Of a stretch of DNA of 62,854 nt, positions 55,092 through 62,854 are shown piece by piece; the first letter of the stretch is position 1, and each line of letters starts with the position of its first letter. Position numbers and translations under genes: made by a program. The stretch is from a virus (lineage: Duplodnaviria; Caudoviricetes), in IMG/VR virus record IMGVR_UViG_3300044634_002660, positions 1 to 62,854 of that record; one strand, written 5' to 3'. The notes under the pieces are model-generated. The model searched no databases and was not told where the DNA came from. It saw only the letters and a program-made list of their open reading frames with translations.

Positions 55092-55745
55092 ATGGCTTAT
55101 GAGAATTACACAACAGTTGCTTGGACAAACGGAACTCCCATTACAGCGGATCGTCTTCAGCAAATGTCAATTAACACAGAGCAAGTTAAAGACGCTACTG
55201 ATGATAATCCAAGAGGTGTTATTAAGAGAAAAATTGGTGACAATGTAACCGTTGCTGCTACAACTTTTAATACACAAACAACAATTGTTGAATTAAAAAA
55301 TGAAGCAGGAGCGGCAAATAATTCCATCACACTTCCTGGAAATAGATTTGTAAAAGCATCTTTTAATTTTGCTGGCATTAGTTTAGGGGGTTCTGGTGGT
55401 GAAGATTCAACATTTGTAATAAGATTAATACAGGGAACAGAGAACTCAGCAATATATACTTGGACCATATCACCACCTGTTGGTGTTTTTTTAAATAATG
55501 CAAGCGCTAACGCTCCGGCTTTTGGAACAGTTGCAATTGGCGATTTTGATACAAGATCACCGCAATTTGGCGGAGGAACTTATACTCATCTTTTTGATTC
55601 AAGTACTGGTCTCAAAGAAGTGGATGGAACAGGTATTTTTAAAATCACAATAGAAAGAGATGCAGGTGTATCAACTGCCAATCTTCCGGCCTTCACCGTT
55701 TTCAGTCCTCATTTTTGGATTGAAGACGCAGGCGGAACTGCTTAA
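55092..55745 (+). CDS. Minor tail protein
   Basis: WTNGTPITADRL N-terminus typical of tail-associated proteins. Confidence 0.55.
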   Translation: MAYENYTTVAWTNGTPITADRLQQMSINTEQVKDATDDNPRGVIKRKIGDNVTVAATTFNTQTTIVELKNEAGAANNSITLPGNRFVKASFNFAGISLGGSGGEDSTFVIRLIQGTENSAIYTWTISPPVGVFLNNASANAPAFGTVAIGDFDTRSPQFGGGTYTHLFDSSTGLKEVDGTGIFKITIERDAGVSTANLPAFTVFSPHFWIEDAGGTA

Positions 55746-55747
55746 GC

Positions 55748-56188
55748 ATGTCAAAAAGACCTCTTGCATCTAAAAGAGACGATGTTGAATGGTCGGACAG
55801 AATAGCTTTGGGTGAAAGCAACCCAAATTACAATGGTGGGAAATACATTGATGATAAAGGATATGTTCGTTTATTAAGGCCAGATCATCCAGCAAATATT
55901 AAAGGTTACATCTACGAACACAGAGCTTTGTTTGAGGAGTATCTTGGTCGCTATCTAAACAGCTGGGAAAGCATTCATCATATTAATGAAGTTAAATCAG
56001 ACAATAGGTTGGAGAATTTATTCCTTTGTTCAATACAAGAACATAGCGCTGTTCATCGTGAAGGAAAAAGACCATCCGAAGAACATCGAAATAAACTTCG
56101 TCAGAATATGAACAATAGACCAAAACCCGTTAGGAAGCCTCTGAAAAAGAGGACAACTATCGTTAGAAAATATAATTCAACAGATTGA
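55748..56188 (+). CDS. HNH endonuclease
   Basis: YEHR..E..LGR.L...E.IHHINEVKSDNRLENL..EH..H. Confidence 0.88.
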   Translation: MSKRPLASKRDDVEWSDRIALGESNPNYNGGKYIDDKGYVRLLRPDHPANIKGYIYEHRALFEEYLGRYLNSWESIHHINEVKSDNRLENLFLCSIQEHSAVHREGKRPSEEHRNKLRQNMNNRPKPVRKPLKKRTTIVRKYNSTD

Positions 56189-56223
56189 GTTTTTTCACCA
56201 ATAACTGGTGTACAATTATCCCT

Positions 56224-57426
56224 ATGAAAATTTGCGCTGCAGAAAACTGTGACCAGACATTCGAACCTAACACTGCAAACCAGCGTTACGCCGATTCGTC
56301 TTGTCGTAAAAGCATAGACTCACTAGGTCTATGCAAATTTAGAAAAGAAAATGGAATCATTGATATGCCAATTGATGTTAAAACAGGTAAGACTGTTAAC
56401 TCAGAGTCGGAATTAAAGATTGGTTACACCAAACTTTTACAAGAGTATGAAAAACTTAAGACAAAAGAGGTTCATCTTGCCGATGCTGTATACAAAGCGG
56501 TTAAGGAGGAGATTGACAAAGGTAAATTATACTCAACACCAAAAGTTCCTACACCAAAAAAAGATACAAGAAAGTCATCCGAAGAGATTGCTGTCGCAGT
56601 CTTGGCAGACTGGCAATTAGGCAAGGTAACTCCTGACTATAACTCAGCTGTCTGTGAGGAGAGAATTAATCAGTACGCTGATAAAGTAATTCATCTTACA
56701 GAGATTCAGAGACAAGATCACCCAGTCCGTGAACTTAGAATTTGGTGTCTTGGAGACATTGTTGAAGGTGAGTTAATCTTTCCTGGTCAAGAGTTCCTTA
56801 TTGATAGCGGTTTATACCGTCAGGTAACTGTTGATGGTCCACGAATTATGAAGAACTTTATCAACAAGATGCTTGAGAATTTTGAAACAATTACATTCAC
56901 AGGTGTTATTGGAAATCACGGTTCTATTGGAGGTAAGTCAAGGCGTAATCATGATCCTGAGACAAATGCTGACAGAATGCTTTACCGCATTGTTCAGTTA
57001 ATGTTTGAAAATAATCCAAGAATTAAATTCAATATTCCGGATGGTCGTGGAGATCGCTACTGGTATGCAATTGATGAAGTTGGCAAGTATAAGTCATTAC
57101 TTATTCATGGAGATCAGTTTGGAAGCCTCTCCTCATTTTACTCCTTCCAGAAGAAAGTGTACGGATGGAAGATTGGCGGTATTGAAAGAAAAGATAAAGA
57201 TGACAACCTCGTTGATGCTTTTGATGATGTGTACTTTGGACACTTCCATACGCCAACAAAGATGACATTTAATACAGTTCAATGCCGTATCTCAGGAAGT
57301 CCTGAATCAACCAACACATATGCCATTGAGGTTCTTGGCGCTGTTGGTCGTGCCTCACAGCCATTGATGTTTGTTCACCCAATGAAAGGCATTGTTACTG
57401 CAGAGTATAACTGCTGGCTTGATTGA
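56224..57426 (+). CDS. Calcineurin-like metallophosphoesterase with N-terminal Cys motif
   Basis: ADWQLG, LGDIVEG, GNHG, HGD, GHFH; start ATG 56224 follows TACAAT by 7 nt. Confidence 0.82.
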   Translation: MKICAAENCDQTFEPNTANQRYADSSCRKSIDSLGLCKFRKENGIIDMPIDVKTGKTVNSESELKIGYTKLLQEYEKLKTKEVHLADAVYKAVKEEIDKGKLYSTPKVPTPKKDTRKSSEEIAVAVLADWQLGKVTPDYNSAVCEERINQYADKVIHLTEIQRQDHPVRELRIWCLGDIVEGELIFPGQEFLIDSGLYRQVTVDGPRIMKNFINKMLENFETITFTGVIGNHGSIGGKSRRNHDPETNADRMLYRIVQLMFENNPRIKFNIPDGRGDRYWYAIDEVGKYKSLLIHGDQFGSLSSFYSFQKKVYGWKIGGIERKDKDDNLVDAFDDVYFGHFHTPTKMTFNTVQCRISGSPESTNTYAIEVLGAVGRASQPLMFVHPMKGIVTAEYNCWLD

Positions 57427-57427
57427 T

Positions 57428-57622
57428 ATGAAAACTGTAAGACTAAAGTGTGCTCATTGTGGTGGACCAAAGTTTATCGGTGAGAAGTATTACACAAACG
57501 GTACTTATTATGTAGATGTAACCTGCGTTACTTGTTCAGACACAAAAGATATTAAGGTTGAAGACCTTGATCGCTTTTTGTCAAAACTCGCTAAGTTAAG
57601 GGGCAGAGATGGTAAGAGGTAA
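57428..57622 (+). CDS. Small zinc-ribbon protein
   Basis: CAHCGG...CVTC. Confidence 0.6.
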   Translation: MKTVRLKCAHCGGPKFIGEKYYTNGTYYVDVTCVTCSDTKDIKVEDLDRFLSKLAKLRGRDGKR

Positions 57623-58055
57623 ATTAATTACAAATAAATTTTACACATATGCAAATAATATTGTAAAGCTTAAAAAAATTAATAAAAAACAAAATAAAAT
57701 CTTTGTTGAAAGACTTGATAACTCAGAAATAATTGAGCTTCCATATGAACAGCACGAATTGATTTTATATAGAATCTACACTGTTGGTGAAGTTGCTAAG
57801 ATTGTGGAGAAAAGACCTGATACAATTCGCAAGTACGAGAAGCGTTCATTGATACCAGAGGCAAATAAATTTGGCGAAAAGTACAATGGATACTCTTCAT
57901 GGCGATACTATAATGAAGAAGATGTCTATCTCATGGTAGAGTTCTTCAACACAAGAATTCCTGGAAGACCAGTGAATAAAGAAATAAAAAGAAACATAAA
58001 AACTCTTGAACAAAAAGTTCAAATGATTATAAAGGAAGAAAATGTCAGAAAATAA
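57609..58055 (+). CDS. MerR-type HTH DNA-binding protein
   Basis: YTVGEVAKIVEKRPDTIRKYEKRSLIP...WRYYNEEDV. Confidence 0.8.
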   Translation: MVRGKLITNKFYTYANNIVKLKKINKKQNKIFVERLDNSEIIELPYEQHELILYRIYTVGEVAKIVEKRPDTIRKYEKRSLIPEANKFGEKYNGYSSWRYYNEEDVYLMVEFFNTRIPGRPVNKEIKRNIKTLEQKVQMIIKEENVRK

Positions 58056-58245
58056 CAATGAAGTAGAAATTTGGGCATCAGTTGGTATTACCAAGAATCT
58101 TGGTAATTACGAGTCTTTAAGACTTGATGCCGGTGCTAAATGCAAGGCCTCATCTTTAGATGATGATGCTGCTTGGAAAAAGCTTTGGGATTCAATTGAT
58201 GAACAGATTGAAGCAAAGCTCCAAGAATTAGATGATGCAAAGTAG
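58042..58245 (+). CDS. Conserved phage hypothetical protein
   Basis: GITKNLGNYESLRLD motif. Confidence 0.65.
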   Translation: MSENNNEVEIWASVGITKNLGNYESLRLDAGAKCKASSLDDDAAWKKLWDSIDEQIEAKLQELDDAK

Positions 58246-58528
58246 TTGGAAAGAAAAAGCTCTCTGTTACAATCATCCAGAACTCAGCATTTGGTTTTCT
58301 TATAAAAAAGAAGATGTGGACAGGGCGCAAAGCATTTGTAAAAAGTGCCCTGTCCGTGTTGAATGTTTCATGAGTATGTGGAATACTGGAGACTTCTACG
58401 GTATAAATGGTGGAGTAAGTGAGTTTGAATACCTATCTATGACATGGAAGGAGGCAACCAATGAAAAACAAAGTAACAGGACAAGAGCTGATAGAGTGCT
58501 TAAAGGAATCTTGCAGGGACTCAGGTAA
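58232..58528 (+). CDS. whiB: WhiB-family transcription factor
   Basis: WKEKALC...WF...AQSICKKCPVRVEC...GINGG (four Cys and a GxWGG-like turn). Confidence 0.8.
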   Translation: MMQSSWKEKALCYNHPELSIWFSYKKEDVDRAQSICKKCPVRVECFMSMWNTGDFYGINGGVSEFEYLSMTWKEATNEKQSNRTRADRVLKGILQGLR

Positions 58529-58772
58529 GTTATTTATCCCTGACTCTCCAAGACAAGAGGCTGTTGCAGACTCTCTCGCAGAGCACTATGATAGTGAAAT
58601 CATCATTGAAACAATAAAGTATTTTGTCAAATCAAGAACAGGTCCGTTTTTGATATTTGACTTTGCAATTGAATCAAAGAAACTTACAGACAAAATAAAA
58701 CAAGAAAAAGAATCCAAAGAAAAATTCATGAGAATCGTAAAAGATACTCAAAACAGAATGGCTAGTGAATGA
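58461..58772 (+). CDS. Hypothetical protein
   Basis: 103-aa ORF with a GGAGG RBS, coupled to the helicase. Confidence 0.6.
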   Translation: MKNKVTGQELIECLKESCRDSGKLFIPDSPRQEAVADSLAEHYDSEIIIETIKYFVKSRTGPFLIFDFAIESKKLTDKIKQEKESKEKFMRIVKDTQNRMASE

Positions 58773-59986
58773 ACTACGAAGTTAGATTGCTGAATTCTCT
58801 TATTCAGTCAAACGATTATGTAACAGCAGTAAATGAAGGCGTTGAAAATGTCTTCATGGAATATAGGGATGTGTGGAACTTCATTGTTTCTCACTATGAT
58901 GAACACAAAAAGGTTCCATCAAAAGAAACAGTAAAGCAACATCATCCGGAGTTTGAGTTTTATGCAACTCCAGAACCAATTAAATATTATATTGAAGAAG
59001 CAAAGAAAGGATCTTTGTCTTATCAAACAAGAGTTCTTGTGTCAAAGACAAACGGTTTACTTAGTGAGGCTGGTCCTAAAGAAGCGTTAGCTTACTTGAT
59101 GGAAAATACATCAGCTCTTTATAAGTATTCAAGCAATCTTAAGGATACAGACTTAGTTGGTGAGTGGAAGGATAGAGCCTCTGATCTTCGTGAAAGATCA
59201 CAGAAAGGTTTTGGTGAACTCCAAGGAATCCCAAGTGGAATTAAAGTTATTGATAAACAGTTTGGTGGATGGCAACCCGGAGACTTTGTTGTTCTATTGG
59301 GATGGACAGGCGTTGGCAAGTCATTCATTGCAAGGTTGTTTGCAGTTAATGCTTGGAAAGCAGGATACCGACCTCTTATTATTTCTCTTGAAATGAATAA
59401 ACAACAAGAGGGTCAGCGCCTAGACACTTTGCTTAACAACGGAGAGGGACATTTTACAAATACCGATCTTGTTCGTGCAAACCCAAGTATCGTTGATAGT
59501 TATGACGAATGGGCTTCAAGCACCTTTGAGGGCAAGCACCCAATGTATCTTGTGACATCAGAGGGTCTTGAGACTGCTGACCAGAACATGGTTCAAGCAA
59601 AGATTGACCAGTATCGCCCTGATATTGTTATTCTTGATTATCACGGTCTATTTGACGATGCTTCCGGTGCCAGAAATGAAACTGAGAAAGCAAAGAATCT
59701 TTCAAAGGCTTTCAAGCGTATGGCAGTTAAGAATGGTGTACCCATCATTGATGTTGCTGCTGTAACGATGAATGATGGTCACTCAGAGAGACCGCCTGAA
59801 TTAGAAGAAGTAGCGTGGAGTAAGCAGTTGGCTTATGACGCAGACCTAGTTCTTGCAATTCAGCGCGAATACAATTCAGACTTATTTCAAGTCGTATCAA
59901 GAAAGGTAAGAAGATCCACTCAATTTGGTTTCTTTTTGAGATGGAATTTAGAAACAGGGAAATGGGAAGAAGAATGGGATATTTAA
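58769..59986 (+). CDS. dnaB: DnaB-like replicative helicase
   Basis: GIPSG, Walker A GWTGVGKS, SLEM, ILDY, YDADLVL, KVR. Confidence 0.92.
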   Translation: MNYEVRLLNSLIQSNDYVTAVNEGVENVFMEYRDVWNFIVSHYDEHKKVPSKETVKQHHPEFEFYATPEPIKYYIEEAKKGSLSYQTRVLVSKTNGLLSEAGPKEALAYLMENTSALYKYSSNLKDTDLVGEWKDRASDLRERSQKGFGELQGIPSGIKVIDKQFGGWQPGDFVVLLGWTGVGKSFIARLFAVNAWKAGYRPLIISLEMNKQQEGQRLDTLLNNGEGHFTNTDLVRANPSIVDSYDEWASSTFEGKHPMYLVTSEGLETADQNMVQAKIDQYRPDIVILDYHGLFDDASGARNETEKAKNLSKAFKRMAVKNGVPIIDVAAVTMNDGHSERPPELEEVAWSKQLAYDADLVLAIQREYNSDLFQVVSRKVRRSTQFGFFLRWNLETGKWEEEWDI

Positions 59987-60162
59987 TCGGTAAAAAGTTC
60001 ATCCAAGGTGAGGCTAAAGACATTGAAACAATCGTTAAACTTAGGCCTTGGATTGAAGATGAATGGAAAGCTGTTCATGGAATTTTTAAAAGCACAAACT
60101 TAAAGACAGATTACGATGCCGATAAAAACATCTTCAGATTTAAAATCATTTTCAATATTTAG
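59974..60162 (+). CDS. Hypothetical protein
   Basis: 62-aa ORF between helicase and primase. Confidence 0.5.
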   Translation: MGYLIGKKFIQGEAKDIETIVKLRPWIEDEWKAVHGIFKSTNLKTDYDADKNIFRFKIIFNI

Positions 60163-61057
60163 TATGGAATCACAAATTCGTGAACTTTTTGAGAAAAACA
60201 ATATTAGTATTGAATCTCAGAATGCTCAAGAGTTTAATCTGTACTGTCCTTTTCATAAGAACAGGAATAGCCCAGCATTCTTTATAAATACAAAGACTGG
60301 TCTATGGCAATGCTTTAACCCATCATGCGGAAAGAAAGGTAACTTTCGTCAGTTATACAAACAGATAACTGGCAAGCCGTATGGTAAGGATATAAAGCTA
60401 GACCCTGTATCTTTGAAGAAAGAGATTGACAATGGTTTTCGTAAACAACCCCATATTGAAGAGTTAGAAATCTCTGATATTGAGATTGACTACGACAATG
60501 ACGAAGATCTCTTGAGTGTTAAAACATTGATTGATAGAGGTCTTACAGCAGAAACGCTGTTGCACTTTGAAGTCGGTTACTCAAGAGTAAAAGAAAGGGT
60601 CGTTATTCCAGTAAGAGATCAGCAGTACAAGCTGGTTGGCTTTATTGGAAGAGCAACAAAAGCAGAACAAGAACCTCGATATCTTTATAATAAAGGTTTC
60701 AAGAGGGCTGACATTCTTTTTAATATACAGAATGCAAAGAAATATGATTCTTGCATAATTGTAGAAGGAAGTATTGATGCCATGAAGGTTCATCAGGCTG
60801 GTTTCCCAAATGTTATATCAACATTAGGAGCACAGTTGTCTGCTAACCAAATAAAAATCATCAAGCGGTGCTTTGATAAAATCATCATATTTTCGGATGA
60901 TGATGATGCAGGAAAGGCAATGCGAGATGATATAATAAAGCTCTGCTGTGGTAAAGAGATTTACACGGTAGAAAACACTACGGGTTGCAAAGACCCTGGT
61001 GAAATGACAAGTATGCAAATACAAGAAATAATCAACAATAAAATAAACACACTATAG
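60116..61057 (+). CDS. dnaG: DnaG-like primase
   Basis: CPFH..CF..C zinc finger, GFIGR, PRYL, VEGSIDAM, DDDDAG (TOPRIM), KDPGE; start may be ATG 60164. Confidence 0.92.
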   Translation: MPIKTSSDLKSFSIFSMESQIRELFEKNNISIESQNAQEFNLYCPFHKNRNSPAFFINTKTGLWQCFNPSCGKKGNFRQLYKQITGKPYGKDIKLDPVSLKKEIDNGFRKQPHIEELEISDIEIDYDNDEDLLSVKTLIDRGLTAETLLHFEVGYSRVKERVVIPVRDQQYKLVGFIGRATKAEQEPRYLYNKGFKRADILFNIQNAKKYDSCIIVEGSIDAMKVHQAGFPNVISTLGAQLSANQIKIIKRCFDKIIIFSDDDDAGKAMRDDIIKLCCGKEIYTVENTTGCKDPGEMTSMQIQEIINNKINTL

Positions 61058-61065
61058 GAGAAATC

Positions 61066-61713
61066 ATGTTTGAAACAATTAAAACACTTAAAGATCTGGA
61101 AAAGAATGTAGTTCCAGCACAAAACACACAAAAGAGCGGAGTGAAGAAATACTTCACCGTAGCATCAGGCGAGTCCTACCGTATTCGCTTTCGTCAGGAG
61201 CTTACAGAAGATGCTAAGTACTTTGACGAAGAGAATGGTACTGGATTAACAATCCCTGTTGTAACTTCACCAATCAACTGGAAGTGGAGAGCAGCATCAA
61301 CTGCCGGTATTGCCAAGTTTAACTACCGTTGCTGGGCAACAGAGCAGTCTGTTCACGACAAGGCATGGCGACCAAAGCCTCACTTGGTAATCAACATTGC
61401 TGTTGAGGTTGAGCCGGGTGTATGGGAACCGCGTGTTATTGACACTACCTTTAACCAGCGCCATGTTGGACTTATCCTTATTGAATACGCAAAGGAATTT
61501 GGAACAATTACTGACCGTTACTATAAGATCTCTCGTACAGGTTCGGGTCCATCAGATACTAACTACAACTTAATCCCTCTTGAGTCTACAGAGATGCCTG
61601 AGAACATTAAGTCTTTGCCAATGCATGACCTTAATACTCTCTATATGACACTCTCATATGATAAGCAAGAGAAGTTCTTTACTACAGGAGAGGTAGCCAA
61701 GGATTCTTGGTGA
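61066..61713 (+). CDS. Single-stranded DNA-binding protein (gp32-like, putative)
   Basis: Follows the primase; YRIRF, ITDRYYKISRTGSGPSDTNYNLIP. Confidence 0.6.
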   Translation: MFETIKTLKDLEKNVVPAQNTQKSGVKKYFTVASGESYRIRFRQELTEDAKYFDEENGTGLTIPVVTSPINWKWRAASTAGIAKFNYRCWATEQSVHDKAWRPKPHLVINIAVEVEPGVWEPRVIDTTFNQRHVGLILIEYAKEFGTITDRYYKISRTGSGPSDTNYNLIPLESTEMPENIKSLPMHDLNTLYMTLSYDKQEKFFTTGEVAKDSW

Positions 61714-61726
61714 TGTAAAGATGGTG

Positions 61727-61757
61727 AAGGGGGGTCTGTGTAAAAGCAGACCCCTTT
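61727..61757 (+). terminator. Rho-independent terminator
   Basis: GGGGTCTG-TGTAAAAG-CAGACCCC followed by TTT. Confidence 0.7.
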
Positions 61758-61771
61758 AATCATGTAACGGT

Positions 61772-62287
61772 ATGAATAATAAATCAATCGTATTAGACCT
61801 TGACGGTGTAATATCAGATATCTCCCAGTCAATTGACAAAAGGCTTCCAGAGCCAAAAGACTATTCTGATTGGTTAATAACAGACTCCAATAGTGAAGAA
61901 GCTATGGCTATCTTTAATGATCCATTGTTTTGGAAGAACATGAAGCCATACGAGGATGCGTGGCACCAAATTAACTATTGGTTTGAAAGTGGCATTGATG
62001 TCCACATCGTAACCGCAAGGCGATGCAAGGCCGCTATGGAACAGACAGAGCCTTGGTTGGACTTATGGCGTATTAGTACGACAAAGCCAATCTTTACAAA
62101 CATTCATGAAAAGCATAAGGTGATTCATGGATTAAATCCACAATTTGTGGTGGAGGATAACCCGAACGAGGTTCGGATTCTTTTAAATGAGGGTATCAAT
62201 GCTTTTCTGCGTAAGCAGTGGTACAATCAAAAGCACTGGGATGAACTCCCGACAATAGACACGCTTTACGACTTAGATTGGAATTAA
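61772..62287 (+). CDS. HAD-superfamily 5'(3')-deoxyribonucleotidase-like protein
   Basis: DLDGVI, IVTAR, K, VEDN, WYN. Confidence 0.8.
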   Translation: MNNKSIVLDLDGVISDISQSIDKRLPEPKDYSDWLITDSNSEEAMAIFNDPLFWKNMKPYEDAWHQINYWFESGIDVHIVTARRCKAAMEQTEPWLDLWRISTTKPIFTNIHEKHKVIHGLNPQFVVEDNPNEVRILLNEGINAFLRKQWYNQKHWDELPTIDTLYDLDWN

Positions 62288-62288
62288 A

Positions 62289-62854
62289 ATGGATTTCGTG
62301 CATCTGCACTGCCATTCAGAGTATTCACTACTTGATGGAATGAGTACGCCACAAGAGATTGCAAACATCTCTAGTATTAACGGACAGTACGCTGCTGCTA
62401 TTACTGATCATGGCACAATGGGTGGAGTTTTGAAGTTTCAAGATGCCTGTGACAAAGAGGGCGTAAAGCCCTTGTTCGGTGTTGAGGCTTACTTCGTACC
62501 ATCGATTGATACTGACCAACAAACAAAGTATGAGCGGTTTCACCTCATCTTGTTGGCAAAGAATAATGTTGGCCTTAATAAACTTTTTAAAATGTCACAA
62601 CTTGGTTGGACTAAGAACTTTTATTATAAACCACGCATTGACTTCGAATTGCTGGAGCAAATGGTGGACAATGACATCATTGCATTGTCGGGCTGTATGG
62701 GTGGTGCAATCTCCAAGGCGATTGAAGCAGGCAACTATGCGAGAGCAGAGCAGTTGTCCGAGCGCTTTATCAAAATTTTTGGTGATGACTTCTACTATGA
62801 GATTCAGGCATGGAACCCAAAGAAGTTAAATGACGAATTGATTCGCTTGGCAAA
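62289..62854 (+). CDS. dnaE: DNA polymerase III alpha subunit (partial)
   Basis: Not in track because it runs off the edge. MDFVHLHCHSEYSLLDG..AITDHG..GVEAY..HLILLAKN..FYYKPRID..LSGC (PHP domain). Confidence 0.95.
   Translation, partial: MDFVHLHCHSEYSLLDGMSTPQEIANISSINGQYAAAITDHGTMGGVLKFQDACDKEGVKPLFGVEAYFVPSIDTDQQTKYERFHLILLAKNNVGLNKLFKMSQLGWTKNFYYKPRIDFELLEQMVDNDIIALSGCMGGAISKAIEAGNYARAEQLSERFIKIFGDDFYYEIQAWNPKKLNDELIRLA

Noticed and set aside
62479-62829. Track ORF of 116 aa
   Set aside because: It is an out-of-frame shadow of the dnaE gene starting at 62289.
1-62854. Stop-codon reassignment
   Set aside because: Long intact ORFs and dense packing under the standard code; TAA, TAG and TGA all end genes.

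Overview
A 62.9-kb, AT-rich segment of a large tailed phage (siphovirus-type morphogenesis genes). WhiB, an Rpf-like domain and many leaderless extended -10 promoters point to an actinobacterial host; Acidimicrobiia is a guess. Layout: (1) a minus-strand arm (1-6415) with tRNA-Asn, an FmdB zinc ribbon, an Ntn/proteasome-beta-like protease, a DUF1599-like protein and thyX; (2) an AT-rich repeat-bearing divergence point; (3) a plus-strand arm with a glycosyltransferase, class II RNR, portal, prohead protease/scaffold and major capsid protein; (4) a 15-kb block of fibre, lysis and accessory genes (26-aa metallothionein-like peptide, His-rich fibre, 2OG-Fe(II) oxygenase, flavin-dependent halogenase); (5) neck and tail genes, a frameshifted tail chaperone, a 5068-aa tape measure protein and baseplate/fibre genes; (6) HNH and the start of the replication module (WhiB, DnaB, DnaG, SSB, HAD, DnaE). 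Two observations stand out. First, a promoter-flanked ~100-nt RNA at ~895-1000 (minus strand) is discontinuously antisense to 23S rRNA helix 69/70 and to the strand just beyond helix 71, and every in-block substitution gives a G-U wobble. Second, the last ~1,850 aa of the tape measure protein form a cassette of cargo domains (Rpf-like lysozyme, C2H2 finger, metzincin, intact sortase, pre-toxin-TG-like module) separated by three copies of a 64-aa module and many [FY]xxGG motifs. All calls come from motif recognition by eye; no database searches were run.
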